Shown: positions 17,685 to 27,709 of the stretch, in pieces
Numbering within the stretch: position 1 is the stretch's first letter
Layout of the letters: each line of letters starts with the position of its first letter
Assembly: GCA_038324265.1 (NCBI GenBank)
Contig: JBBQHU010000010.1
Coordinates: forward strand, 1,843-65,842
Length of the DNA stretch: 64,000 nucleotides
Direction of reading: 5' to 3'
From: Micropepsales bacterium
GTDB taxonomy: Bacteria > Pseudomonadota > Alphaproteobacteria > Micropepsales > Micropepsaceae
Translations under genes and position numbers: made by a program
The notes under the pieces: generated by a model
The model's database searches: none
The model's input: the letters and a program-made list of their open reading frames with translations, nothing else
What the model was told of the DNA's origin: nothing

Positions 17685-18290
17685 TTGGCGGTCAAGGAAA
17701 AACGGGTTCGCCGGAAACCGGAAGAAGCCCGGGCCCTGATTCTGGATGCGGCGGAAAAAAGCATGGTGGCTGACGGTCCGGCCGGCATTCGCCTGCAGGA
17801 TGTGGCCAAGGCGGCGGGGGTTTCGCATCCCACCATCCTGCATCATTTCGGCAGCCGCGAGGGGCTGGTGCGGGCGCTGAACACGCGCACGCTGGAAGAC
17901 TTTCGCGCCGCGCTGCTGGCCAACATGAAGGCGACCACCGGCAATGGCGATGACGGCATCGCGCTGAGTTTTGCGATGTATCGCAACGGCCTGGCGCAGC
18001 GCATGTTGTGGCACCTGCAGGCCAATGAAGATCCCAAGGGTCGGCTGGATATCTTCGACAGCATCGTGGATGCGCTGCACGAATTGCGCAAAAACTTCGC
18101 GCGGCCGGGCCATGAGCCCGATATCGCCGACACCCGCAATGTCGTGCACATGGTGACGGTGGCGGCGCTTGGCGATGCGCTGATCGGGTCCCGTCTGCGC
18201 CAGGCGGGCGAGAAAGAGCGCGAAGCGGGCGCGGCGTTCGAGAAATGGTTCAGCGACCTCATAACCCTGTTCATGACCGCCAAGGCGTGA
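17685..18290 (+). CDS. TetR/AcrR family transcriptional regulator
   Basis: ILDAA...DVAKAAGVSHPTILHHFGSREGL HTH. Confidence 0.9.
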   Translation: MAVKEKRVRRKPEEARALILDAAEKSMVADGPAGIRLQDVAKAAGVSHPTILHHFGSREGLVRALNTRTLEDFRAALLANMKATTGNGDDGIALSFAMYRNGLAQRMLWHLQANEDPKGRLDIFDSIVDALHELRKNFARPGHEPDIADTRNVVHMVTVAALGDALIGSRLRQAGEKEREAGAAFEKWFSDLITLFMTAKA

Positions 18291-18321
18291 GTAGGCTGGC
18301 AGGCCAAGCGAGGGAATACGA

Positions 18322-19560
18322 ATGCGCAAACTGGGACTGATGGCGGCGGCACTGGTTCTTGTGGCGGGTGGCGCCATGGCTGCGCCACGTAACCAGCAGG
18401 TTTACAAGGCGGTTCAGGCGAACCGGGCCGGCGCACTCGATCTGCTGCGCGATCTGGTCAACATCGATTCCGGCAGCGGCGATGTCGAAGGCGGCAACAG
18501 GATCGCGGCCATTCTGGCGGCGCGGCTGACCGCGATCGGCGCCGAGGTGCACCGCGAACCCACCGAGGCGCCGGGCCTGCCCGACAGCCTGGTGGCGGTG
18601 CTGCACGGCACCGGCAAGGGCAAGATGCTCATGATCGCGCATCTGGACACGGTGTTCGGTCCCGGCACGGCGGCGGCACGGCCGTTTCGCATGGATGCCA
18701 TCCGCGCCTATGGCCCCGGCGTGGGCGATGAGAAGGGCGGTGTTGTGAATGCGGTGATGGCGCTGAAGATTTTGCATGACATCGGCTTTCGCGATTACGC
18801 CACCATTACCCTGATGATCGACAACAGCGAGGAGCGCGGTTCGCCAGGTTCGACCGCACTGATCAAGCGGCTGGCGGCGCAGCATGATGTGGAATTCAAC
18901 ATGGAGCCGGGCGATCCGCCGGATGTGCTGACGGCGTGGCGCAAGGGCTCGGCGAGCGTGCGGCTGGTGGTGAAGGGCCGCGCTGCCCATGCCGGCGTGG
19001 CGCCGCAGGATGGCCGCAATGCCGCGCTGGAGCTGGTGCACCAGATCACGGCGCTGGATGGTGCCTTTCCCAAGTCGGGCGACGGCACCACCGTCAATCT
19101 CACTTTGATGTCCGCAGGAACGCGCGGCAACATCATCCCCGACAGCGCCGAGGCGACGTACAGCGTGCGCTATCGCCAGCCTGAAGCGCTGGCGGCGGTG
19201 CTGGCCAGGATGAATGAGACCGCCAAGGTCACGGCGATTGCCGACACCAGCGTCACGGTGGTGCCGCCGCCCAGCGGATTTCCGCCGCTGATCCAGAATG
19301 CGCGGATCGATGCGTTGGCGGCGCGGGCCAATGCGATCTATGGCGAAATCGGCAAGACTGCGGGACTGGGCGGCAATGGCGGCGCGTCAGAATCGGCCAC
19401 GGCCATGTCGGTGGGGACGGTGGCGCTGGACGGACTGGGCCCGGTGGGCGGCGATTTTCACTCCGACAAGGAATGGATCGACCTGAACAGCGTGGCGCCG
19501 CGACTGTATCTGATCACGCGGTTGTTGATGGAGACGGGGAAGAACCCGCCTGCGAAATAA
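18322..19560 (+). CDS. M20 family secreted peptidase (glutamate carboxypeptidase-like)
   Basis: Signal peptide; AHLDTVF, GPGVGDEKGG, SEERGS, AHAG, DGLGPVGGDFHS. Confidence 0.88.
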   Translation: MRKLGLMAAALVLVAGGAMAAPRNQQVYKAVQANRAGALDLLRDLVNIDSGSGDVEGGNRIAAILAARLTAIGAEVHREPTEAPGLPDSLVAVLHGTGKGKMLMIAHLDTVFGPGTAAARPFRMDAIRAYGPGVGDEKGGVVNAVMALKILHDIGFRDYATITLMIDNSEERGSPGSTALIKRLAAQHDVEFNMEPGDPPDVLTAWRKGSASVRLVVKGRAAHAGVAPQDGRNAALELVHQITALDGAFPKSGDGTTVNLTLMSAGTRGNIIPDSAEATYSVRYRQPEALAAVLARMNETAKVTAIADTSVTVVPPPSGFPPLIQNARIDALAARANAIYGEIGKTAGLGGNGGASESATAMSVGTVALDGLGPVGGDFHSDKEWIDLNSVAPRLYLITRLLMETGKNPPAK

Positions 19561-19561
19561 A

Positions 19562-19590
19562 TGTCATGGCCCGGCTTGCCCCGGCCATGT
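19562..19590. repeat. REP-like hairpin between convergent genes
   Basis: GTCATGGCCCGGCTTGCCCCGGCCATG, resembling the GTCATGGCCGGGCTTGTCCCGGCCAT palindromes of Alphaproteobacteria. Confidence 0.5.
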
Positions 19591-19594
19591 CAAA

Positions 19595-22500
19595 CTATGC
19601 CAAATTCTGAATCTGGCTTGAGGCCAGCATCAGTTTGGCCACCGACAGATCACCCGAATGGTCCACCGTGTTGAGGAAGGACTGTGCCCGCCCCAGGGAT
19701 TCGGCATGGCCGGCGATCCAGTTTTCCACTGTCGCGCCCTCGGCCAGCAGGCGCGCGGTGATTGCGGCCTGCGCCATGGCAAGATTGTCCAGCAGTTGGC
19801 GCAATGCCAACCGGTCCCAATGATCGGGCGGTGACAGGCGCGCGGCCTGGTCGCGCAGGCGGTCAAAGCCGAGTTGGTTGCCCAGCGCACCATAAAGCGC
19901 GATGACCTTTTCGGGGGCGGCCTTGGCATTGTGGGCCAGCAGTGCAATGTCCGGCGCGGCCTGCAAGGCCGGCAAGGTCACCATGTCGCGCGCCAGTTCC
20001 GGCGGTACGCCCGCATCGGTCAGTTCCTTGATGCGCTCGGCGCCCATGGGGGCGATGTTTTCGCGCAAGGCTTCCACGCCCGCCCGGTACAGCGCCACCG
20101 TGTCGGCGATGGTCGCGCCGGGCGGGACATGGCGCAGGAACCAGGGCGTCACCTTGCGGAAATGGGCGGCAATGTCGCCATACAGCCGTGTCTGGGTACG
20201 GGCATCGACCTTGCCGTCCAGGGCATCAATGCGCGCTTTCAGGGCCGACAGGCCATAAGCCCCGTCCGCCAGCACAAAGCCGCGCGCCACGCCGGCGCCA
20301 TCGAGCCGGGAGACTTCGCGCATGCGCTGCACAAAGGCGATGCCGCCCAGATTGACCACGGCATTGGTCAGCACGGTGGAAATGATCTCGCGCTTCAGGC
20401 GATGGCGCTCGGGTTCTTCGGGAAAGGCGGCCACGGCCGAGGGCGGGAAGTAACCGGTCAGCAGGGCGGCGAAAGCAGGATCATCGGGCAGGGGGCTGGC
20501 CAGGATTTCGGCATCCAGGTCCAGCTTGGCATAGGCCAGCAGCACCGACAGTTCGGGTCGGGTGAGTGCCTTGCCGTCACGCTCAAGTGCGCCGAGATTG
20601 GCATCAGAGGGCAGGTATTCCACGACACGGTCCAGCTTGCTGCGCGATTCCAGCTCGCGGATCATGCGCGCCTGGGCATCGATGTCGCGCACACCGCTCA
20701 TCTCGGCCACGGACAATGCGAGTGTCTGGTTGTAATTGTCGGCCAGCACATGCGTCGCGACATCGTCGGTCAGGGTGGCGAGGAAGGCGTTGCGCTTTTC
20801 TTCGCTCAGCTCGCCGCGCATCACCGGACCCGACAGCAGGATCTTGATGTTCACTTCATGGTCGGAGGTATCGACGCCGGCGCTGTTGTCCACCGCGTCG
20901 GTGTCGATGCGCCCGCCGGTGCGGGCATATTCGATGCGGCCCAGTTGCGTCACGCCCAAGTTGGCGCCTTCGCCCACCACAAGCGCGCGGACGTCGCCGC
21001 CATTGACGCGCACGCCGTCATTGGCGCGGTCGCCGACTTCCAGGTTGGCCTGCGATGCCGCCTTGATATAGGTGCCGATGCCGCCGAACCACAAAAGGTC
21101 AGTCCTGGCCTTCAGCAGTGCGTTGATCAAGGCGGGCGGCGACAGGACGTCCTTGTCGGTGCCGATCAGGGCCTTGACCTCGGGCGACAGCGGGATTTCC
21201 TTGAGGGTGCGGGCGAAGATGCCGCCGCCCTGGCCGATCAGGGCCTTGTTGTAGTCATCCCAGGACGACCGCGGCAGGGCGAACAGCCGTTCGCGCTCGG
21301 CAAAGCCGATGGCCGCGTCGGCATTGGGGTCGAGGAAGATGTGGCGGTGGTCGAACGCCGCCAGCAGGCGGATGTGCCGCGACAGCAGCATGCCGTTGCC
21401 GAACACGTCGCCCGACATGTCACCGACGCCGATGACGGTGAAGTCGGTGGTCTGGATATCGGTGCCAAGCTCGCGGAAATGCCGCTTGATGGCTTCCCAG
21501 GCGCCGCGCGCGGTGATGCCCATTTTCTTGTGGTCGTAACCGACGCTGCCGCCGCTGGCAAAGGCGTCGCCCAGCCAGAAGCCGCGTTCCAGCGCGATGC
21601 CGTTGGCGATGTCGGAGAAAGTGGCGGTGCCCTTGTCGGCCGCCACCACCAGATAGGGATCGTCGCCATCGGGACGCAGCACGTCCGGCGGCGGCACGAT
21701 ATTGCCGTGCTTGTCCAGATTGTCGGTGATGTCGAGCATGGCGTTGATCAGGGTGCGATAGGCCGCAATGCCGATTTCCATCGACTGTTCGCGCGTGGGA
21801 TTGGCCGGCATCAGCTTGGGATAGAAGCCGCCCTTGGCGCCCACCGGCACGATCACGGCATTCTTGACCTGCTGCGCCTTCACCAGGCCCAGGATCTCGG
21901 TGCGGAAATCCTCGCGCCGGTCGGACCAGCGGATGCCGCCACGCGCAATGCGGCCGAAGCGCAGATGCACGCCTTCCATGCTGGGGGCATAGACAAAGAT
22001 TTCGCGCCAGGGCCGCGGTGCCGGCAGTTCGTCCAGCTTTGTGGAGTCGAACTTGAATGCGACATAAGGCTTTGGCGCGCGCTTTTCTTCGGTCGCTCCG
22101 GCCCCCGCAGATGTTCCGGCGTCCCTCTGCCAGAAGCTGGTGCGCAGCACCGCGTCCATCACATTCTTGAAGCGGCGGATGATGCGGTCATCATCCAGCG
22201 AGGGCACATCCTTGAGCGCGGTCTCGATATGCTTTGCGATCGCCGCGACATTGGCGGCGCGGTCGTCGGCGGCCTTGGGATCATTCTTGGCATAAAACAG
22301 CGCCACCAGCAGCGCCGCCACATCGGGATTGCGCACCAGGGCCTGTTGCATATAGGCCAGCGAAAAGGTGAAGGCTGCCTGGCGCAGGAATTTTCCGGTG
22401 GCCCGCAGGATCACCACGTCGCGCCAGGCAAGTCCGGCCCCGATCACCAGCTTGTTGAAATCGTCGCTCTCGGCATCGCCGCGCATGACCGCATGGAAGG

Positions 22501-24352
22501 CCTCTTCCAGGGGTCCACGCACATCGTCGAGCTTTACCGGCAGGCCGTCGGCGCGCTCCATGGTGAAGTCCAGCACCACCGCCTGCTGCCGCCAGCCGCC
22601 ATCGGTGTTGAAGGAAACGGGGAAGGCGTCTTCGGAAATGACATTGAGTCCCAGGCTTTCGAATACCGGCAGCGATGACGACAAGGGCAGGACATCGCCC
22701 AGCACATAAAGCTTCAGCCGCAGCGAGGGACCGGCATCGCCTATGCGGCGCCACACCTTGGCCTGCAGCTTCATGCCGTCGGCGGCCGACAAATCCTCCA
22801 GGATGGCAAGGTCGCGGGCGCCGTCATGGGCGGCGAAGGCGTCGCGATAGCCGGGCGAGAAATGGGGCGCGCGCATCGCCAGCCGGATCGAGCCCTGGTT
22901 CTTGCCGTGGGCGGCGCATAGCGCGCGGGCCAGGCCGTCGTCCCAGGTTTCGATCAGGCCGGCGATATGCTGTTCCAGGGCGCGCACATCCACTGACGGC
23001 AGCGCACTGTCGTTGCGACCGATGATGAAATGCATGCGCACCAGCGGGCTATCGTCGATCGCCACGTCATAGGCGCTGGTGCGGCCATTCAGCGACTCGG
23101 CGAGATAGGCGTGGATCGCATCGCGGATCTTCGCGGTGATGTGATCGCGCGGCGCCAGCAGGATCGCGGAGACGAAGCGGTCGAAGCGGTCGAAGCGCAG
23201 GAACAGCTTCAGGCGCGGCAGCCCGCCCATGCGCAGGATGCCGATGGCGATTTCGTAAAGCTCGTCATCGGAAATCTGGAACAGCTCGTCGCGCGGAAAG
23301 GTATCCAGGATATGGCTCAGGGCCTTGCCGTCATGGCTGGCCGGCGCCAGGCCGGCGCGCGTCATGACCGTTTCGATCTTGCGGCGCAGGAGCGGGATGG
23401 CGCGCGGCTGGGCGGAATAGGCGCTGGAGGTGAACAGCCCGACAAAACGCTGCTCGCCGTGGAACACGCCATTGGCGTCATAGGTCTTCACGCCGATGTA
23501 ATCCATGTGGGCGCGGCGATGCACCAGGCTGCGGGTGGCGCCCTTGGTGACAATGAGGGGTTCGCTGGCATCCAGCCAGGCGCGCACTTCGGCGGTGAGG
23601 CCGACGCGTTCGCCGCCGGTCCGGATGACGCGGGCGTCTTCGTCCGACAGTACGCCAAGGCCCGTACCGGTCAGCGGCTCCAGCCGGCCATGCTCGCCGC
23701 TCTGGCCCAGGCTGTAGGTGCGCGCGCCCAGGAGCAGGAAATGATCGTCGGCAAGCCAGTCGAGGAAGGCAATATCCTCGGCGATATCGCCGCCCTTGGG
23801 CGGCGCCGAAGACAGGCCGTCACGCGCTTCTTTCAGGCGCGCCAGCATGGCTTTCCAGTCGCGCACGGCGACCGCGCCCTGCGCGAAGGTATCGCGCAGG
23901 CTTTCGGGCAGCGCGGTGCGGCTGCCTTCCGGCAGGCTGTCGCAGATCAGGGCGATGACGCTGGTGCGCTGGCCGCCCACGGCGATGATGGGATGGAAGG
24001 CGGCGCGGATGCGCGCCCCGCCGGCGATGGCGGCGGCCACCGCGGAATCGAACAGGAAGGGGCGGTCGTCATTGATGCCGACCAGCACGCTTTCGTGGGT
24101 CTCGTCATCTTCCAGCAATGTCACATCGATGGCGCCTTTGCGGTGACAGGCAACCTCGTCGTGCAGGGCGCGGGCCAGGGCCACCAGGCGTACGGGGCGG
24201 GCCTGCAGCACATCCTCGGGCAGCGCCCCCAGGAACAGCGCGTCGAAGAATGCGAGCAGGTCCTTGTCGGTGATCAGGGCGCGGCCTTCGGCAAGACGGG
24301 CTGCGGCGGCGCGCGCCTCTTGGGTATCGGCGGAGCGGACGGCATTGGTCAT
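19595..24352 (-). CDS. Large NAD-specific glutamate dehydrogenase
   Basis: 1585 aa; RGGIRWSDRREDFRTE, KAQQVKNAVIVPVGAKGGF, DPYLVVAADKGTATFSD, GVGDMSGDVFGNG. Confidence 0.95.
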   Translation of the reverse strand: MTNAVRSADTQEARAAAARLAEGRALITDKDLLAFFDALFLGALPEDVLQARPVRLVALARALHDEVACHRKGAIDVTLLEDDETHESVLVGINDDRPFLFDSAVAAAIAGGARIRAAFHPIIAVGGQRTSVIALICDSLPEGSRTALPESLRDTFAQGAVAVRDWKAMLARLKEARDGLSSAPPKGGDIAEDIAFLDWLADDHFLLLGARTYSLGQSGEHGRLEPLTGTGLGVLSDEDARVIRTGGERVGLTAEVRAWLDASEPLIVTKGATRSLVHRRAHMDYIGVKTYDANGVFHGEQRFVGLFTSSAYSAQPRAIPLLRRKIETVMTRAGLAPASHDGKALSHILDTFPRDELFQISDDELYEIAIGILRMGGLPRLKLFLRFDRFDRFVSAILLAPRDHITAKIRDAIHAYLAESLNGRTSAYDVAIDDSPLVRMHFIIGRNDSALPSVDVRALEQHIAGLIETWDDGLARALCAAHGKNQGSIRLAMRAPHFSPGYRDAFAAHDGARDLAILEDLSAADGMKLQAKVWRRIGDAGPSLRLKLYVLGDVLPLSSSLPVFESLGLNVISEDAFPVSFNTDGGWRQQAVVLDFTMERADGLPVKLDDVRGPLEEAFHAVMRGDAESDDFNKLVIGAGLAWRDVVILRATGKFLRQAAFTFSLAYMQQALVRNPDVAALLVALFYAKNDPKAADDRAANVAAIAKHIETALKDVPSLDDDRIIRRFKNVMDAVLRTSFWQRDAGTSAGAGATEEKRAPKPYVAFKFDSTKLDELPAPRPWREIFVYAPSMEGVHLRFGRIARGGIRWSDRREDFRTEILGLVKAQQVKNAVIVPVGAKGGFYPKLMPANPTREQSMEIGIAAYRTLINAMLDITDNLDKHGNIVPPPDVLRPDGDDPYLVVAADKGTATFSDIANGIALERGFWLGDAFASGGSVGYDHKKMGITARGAWEAIKRHFRELGTDIQTTDFTVIGVGDMSGDVFGNGMLLSRHIRLLAAFDHRHIFLDPNADAAIGFAERERLFALPRSSWDDYNKALIGQGGGIFARTLKEIPLSPEVKALIGTDKDVLSPPALINALLKARTDLLWFGGIGTYIKAASQANLEVGDRANDGVRVNGGDVRALVVGEGANLGVTQLGRIEYARTGGRIDTDAVDNSAGVDTSDHEVNIKILLSGPVMRGELSEEKRNAFLATLTDDVATHVLADNYNQTLALSVAEMSGVRDIDAQARMIRELESRSKLDRVVEYLPSDANLGALERDGKALTRPELSVLLAYAKLDLDAEILASPLPDDPAFAALLTGYFPPSAVAAFPEEPERHRLKREIISTVLTNAVVNLGGIAFVQRMREVSRLDGAGVARGFVLADGAYGLSALKARIDALDGKVDARTQTRLYGDIAAHFRKVTPWFLRHVPPGATIADTVALYRAGVEALRENIAPMGAERIKELTDAGVPPELARDMVTLPALQAAPDIALLAHNAKAAPEKVIALYGALGNQLGFDRLRDQAARLSPPDHWDRLALRQLLDNLAMAQAAITARLLAEGATVENWIAGHAESLGRAQSFLNTVDHSGDLSVAKLMLASSQIQNLA

Positions 24353-24441
24353 GGGAAAGGCCTTTGGCGGCTGGACGAGCGATGGGCGCCGGAGCGGCGC
24401 GCGGGAATATTACAGCCAGATAGTTACGGTATCATGCCGGC

Positions 24442-25170
24442 TCAATGCGTCAGGGCTTGCGTTTTTTTCACATTCGCTTGTTGCAATGCGGGAAGGCCGG
24501 TCATGAGAAGACCCGCCGCAAGGATGGTCGGGGCGAGCAGGACATCCAGCGGCCAGGCGCCCAATATGGTTGCGCCCGCGGTTGCCGTCGTGATCGGCAA
24601 GATGAAATATGCGACGCCGCGCGCGTCCCTCAGGCACAGCGCCATCGCCATGCTGGGCAGCAGCGCGAAAGCGAGGATCAGTGCGGGTGCCGGCAAATCG
24701 GGCATGACCAGGAAAGCGCCACTGCTCCACACCATGCCGCTATATAAGAGAAGCATCCGCAGGTCGGAGGCGGCTTCGTGTAGCGGCACCCGGCGCAGCG
24801 AGCGGGCAAAGCCGCGAATGTAATTGCGGGTCATCGCTGTAATCCCCAGCAGCAGCAGCGCCGCCCAGGCGAATCCGGCCTTCAGGCTGACGCCGCCCGA
24901 CGCGGAAGTGACGGCCAGCAGGGCCATGCCCGACAGCATCAGGATCACGCAGGCGGGGGCCGACCGGGCCAGGAAAAGGGTGAGCTGGAGGTTGGCGCCG
25001 GCCTCGGCATGCAGGCGGGGCAGGGCGGCCAGGGCGCCATAGGACATTGGCGAGGCTTGGGGCGAGGCCCGGGGCGAGTATTGGGGCGCGGCAGGGAGCC
25101 GCGTGGGCGTGGGATCGAAAGCGACCCCCGGTTCGTTGACGCCCGGTACGGTGACGTGAGTGAGGGCCAT
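24442..25170 (-). CDS. Hypothetical multi-TM membrane protein
   Basis: Several hydrophobic segments; AGAAGGGA RBS; good codon bias. Confidence 0.65.
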   Translation of the reverse strand: MALTHVTVPGVNEPGVAFDPTPTRLPAAPQYSPRASPQASPMSYGALAALPRLHAEAGANLQLTLFLARSAPACVILMLSGMALLAVTSASGGVSLKAGFAWAALLLLGITAMTRNYIRGFARSLRRVPLHEAASDLRMLLLYSGMVWSSGAFLVMPDLPAPALILAFALLPSMAMALCLRDARGVAYFILPITTATAGATILGAWPLDVLLAPTILAAGLLMTGLPALQQANVKKTQALTH

Positions 25171-25225
25171 ATTTGTCCCTTCTTGGCCGCGAATACGTCG
25201 TGAACCAGCGTTAAGACTTACACCC

Positions 25226-25240
25226 TTAACAATGTATTAA
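25226..25240. promoter_or_regulatory. CtrA binding site
   Basis: Perfect TTAA-caatgta-TTAA (TTAA-N7-TTAA) in an AT-rich divergent intergenic region. Confidence 0.7.
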
Positions 25241-25289
25241 TGGGAATTGTTCGATGATTCGTGCCGGTCACGACAGTTGGGGTTTCGGT

Positions 25290-25868
25290 TTGGCGTCGCC
25301 CACCATCACCATCTTCGACCTGGAATACACCGCCTGGGAATGTTCCATGGCGCGGGGCTGGCTGACGCCGGGTGAATTCAAGGAAGTCGTGCAGATCGGC
25401 GCCGTGAAGCTGGACGCCGACAGCTTTGCGATCCTGGACGAGTTCGACTGTCTCGTTCGGCCGCGCATCAACACGGCGATTTCGCCCTATCTGGAAAAGC
25501 TCACCGGTATCACCAATGAGGCCGTGTCGCGGCAGGGACACGATTTCGCCGACGCCTATGACCGCTTCCTGGCCTTTGCCGAAGGCGGCCCCATCGCCGC
25601 ATTCGGCCATGACGAATATGTGCTGGAGGAGAATCTGCGCCTCTATGGGATCACCGGCGCACGGCCGATGCCGCTGTTCTACGACTTGCGCGGCTGGTTC
25701 GCGGTGCAGGGGCTGGATCCGCGCGGGATGCTGTCTTGCGAAATTGGTCCCTTGCTTGGCGTGCCGTTCAAGGGCCGACCCCACAATGCGCTGAACGATG
25801 CCCGCTCCATCGCCGGCGGCATGGAAGCCATCGCGGCGCGCGGCACCAAGATGCGCCCCGCCGCCTGA
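25290..25868 (+). CDS. DEDDh 3'-5' exonuclease
   Basis: IFDLEYT, VVQIGAVK, LTGIT, HNALNDA; TTG start 25290 inferred. Confidence 0.85.
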   Translation: MASPTITIFDLEYTAWECSMARGWLTPGEFKEVVQIGAVKLDADSFAILDEFDCLVRPRINTAISPYLEKLTGITNEAVSRQGHDFADAYDRFLAFAEGGPIAAFGHDEYVLEENLRLYGITGARPMPLFYDLRGWFAVQGLDPRGMLSCEIGPLLGVPFKGRPHNALNDARSIAGGMEAIAARGTKMRPAA

Positions 25869-26272
25869 TGTCCATGGCCGACCGTCTGATCGCAATGCTC
25901 GATCTCAAGCCGCATCCCGAAGGCGGATATTTTCGCGAGACTTTCAGGGACGCGCAGCAGGGCGCGGGGCGTGCCGCCTCCACCGCCATCTATTTCCTGC
26001 TGAAGGCCGGCGAAGCGTCGCGCTGGCACCGCGTCGATGCCGCCGAGGTCTGGCATTTCTATCGCGGGGCGCCGCTGGAATTGAAGATTGGCCGCGACAC
26101 TTATGTGCTGGGCGCCGATATCGATGAGGGCCAGGTGCCGCAGGTGGTGGTTCCACCTCATGCATGGCAGGCGGCGCGAAGTCTTGGCGAATACACGCTG
26201 GTGGGCTGCACTGTTGCGCCGGGATTTGATTTCGCCCAATTCGAGATGGCCGAAGACGGATTCGAGCCGTAA
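25868..26272 (+). CDS. Cupin_5 (DUF985) family protein
   Basis: LDLKPHPEGGYFRETF, STAIYFLL, EVWHFYRG, VGCTVAPGF; TGATG overlap with the exonuclease gene. Confidence 0.9.
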   Translation: MSMADRLIAMLDLKPHPEGGYFRETFRDAQQGAGRAASTAIYFLLKAGEASRWHRVDAAEVWHFYRGAPLELKIGRDTYVLGADIDEGQVPQVVVPPHAWQAARSLGEYTLVGCTVAPGFDFAQFEMAEDGFEP

Positions 26273-26394
26273 AACCACTACGGAAATTTCTCACGATTGT
26301 GCAGCGCACACATCGCGTTGGCGGTTGACGCCGCCTGCTTGGGCCGCGCATCGTCCGGCCAGCAATCCGCACAACACGCCAGGGGAAAGTTCCA

Positions 26395-27660
26395 ATGAAA
26401 AAACACGCGCTTGCCATGCTCGCTTTGGGTCTGATGACAACGGCTGCCTTTGCGCAGGCTGACCGGCTGGCGATCCAGTCGGAACCGGCGAAGAACGGCG
26501 ACATCGCCTGGAAGCTGGGCCCCAGCTTTCCCGATCCCACCGGTTTCACCCTGGTGGATCCCGACGGCAAGGTGACGGTGATTCCGCGCGAAGACCGCGC
26601 CAAATATACCGGCGCCTATCGGCCCGGTTCAGAGCCCAGCGCCGTGCGCGTGCCCGGCGGCGATGCCGGTCCGCCCTGCAGCCATTCGCCGATCTGCGGC
26701 CGCAAGGACGGCTTTGCACGTTCCCAGCTGGCCCGCGTCGAGTGGGAACAGACCATGGGTTACAAATTCTCCTATCCCTATGTCGTGCCCAAGGGCATCG
26801 GCGGCATTCCGTCGGTGGCGCTCGACAGCAAGGGCAACCTTTGGGTCTTCAAGCGTTCGCCCCGCGGCGTCACCCAGCTGATGAAGTTCGATCCCAATCA
26901 CAAGCTGGTGCTGGAAGTGCCCGAAAGCGTCATTGGCCATCAGGACAAGGCCCATGGCATGGCCGTGGACAAGGACGACAATGTCTGGATCACCGACAAT
27001 GGCCAGGCCACGGTGATGAAGCTCTCGCCCCAGGGCAAGCTGCTGATGACCCTTGGCACCAAGGGCAAGCGCGGCGACTGGGTTGAGGCCAAGGGCCAGC
27101 GCCTGTTGTGGCAGCCCGTGATGGTGGCGTTCGCGCCCAATGGCGATCTGTATATCGGTGCGGGCCATGCCAATGAGAGCCCCAATGATGTGGACAGCCC
27201 CGATGCCTGGAACACCGAAGGCGTGTCGCGCATCATTCACCTGACCAAGGACGGCAAATATGTCGGCCAGTGGTTCGGCAATGAAGTGGGCCAGGGCAAG
27301 TTCGATTCCGCCCACGGCCTGGCGATCGACCCCAAGAATGGCGATGTGTGGATCGGCGACCGCGAACAGTATCGCATCGTCATCTATACGGCGGACGGCC
27401 GCTTTGTACGCACCCTGCAGATGAAGAACCTGGTCTGTGCGCTCAACTTCGACCATGAGGGCAATCCCTGGATGGCGTCCGGACAGGACGGCCAGTTCCT
27501 GAAACTGGACCGCGAAGGCCATGTGGTGGGCGCGGTGGGCAATGGCATGGGCATCGGCACCGGCCAGTTCACCGAAGCCAGCTACTGGGCGTTCGACAAA
27601 AAGGACAACCTGATCGCAGGCGACACCAGCGTTGGCCGCGTCACGGTGATGTCGAAGTAA
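26395..27660 (+). CDS. Secreted NHL-repeat beta-propeller (peptidyl-alpha-hydroxyglycine lyase-like)
   Basis: Signal peptide; AHGMAVDKDDNVWITD, LMTLG, FDSAHGLAID...VWIGDRE repeats. Confidence 0.78.
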   Translation: MKKHALAMLALGLMTTAAFAQADRLAIQSEPAKNGDIAWKLGPSFPDPTGFTLVDPDGKVTVIPREDRAKYTGAYRPGSEPSAVRVPGGDAGPPCSHSPICGRKDGFARSQLARVEWEQTMGYKFSYPYVVPKGIGGIPSVALDSKGNLWVFKRSPRGVTQLMKFDPNHKLVLEVPESVIGHQDKAHGMAVDKDDNVWITDNGQATVMKLSPQGKLLMTLGTKGKRGDWVEAKGQRLLWQPVMVAFAPNGDLYIGAGHANESPNDVDSPDAWNTEGVSRIIHLTKDGKYVGQWFGNEVGQGKFDSAHGLAIDPKNGDVWIGDREQYRIVIYTADGRFVRTLQMKNLVCALNFDHEGNPWMASGQDGQFLKLDREGHVVGAVGNGMGIGTGQFTEASYWAFDKKDNLIAGDTSVGRVTVMSK

Positions 27661-27679
27661 TCGGTTTCAAATTGAAGTG

Positions 27680-27709
27680 AAAACGGCGCCCAGTGGGCGC
27701 CGTTTTTTT
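27680..27709 (+). terminator. Rho-independent terminator
   Basis: AAAACGGCGCCC-AGT-GGGCGCCGTTTTTTT. Confidence 0.85.

Noticed and set aside
22078-22125. Short insertion (AGTSAGAGATEEKR) in NAD-GDH as a possible intragenic palindromic element
   Set aside because: No palindrome or second copy seen; most likely a variable loop.
19874-24823. Long + strand ORFs (934 aa, 597 aa) and similar long antisense ORFs opposite acnA, phaA, ffh and the POP genes
   Set aside because: Antisense shadows of well-identified high-GC genes.
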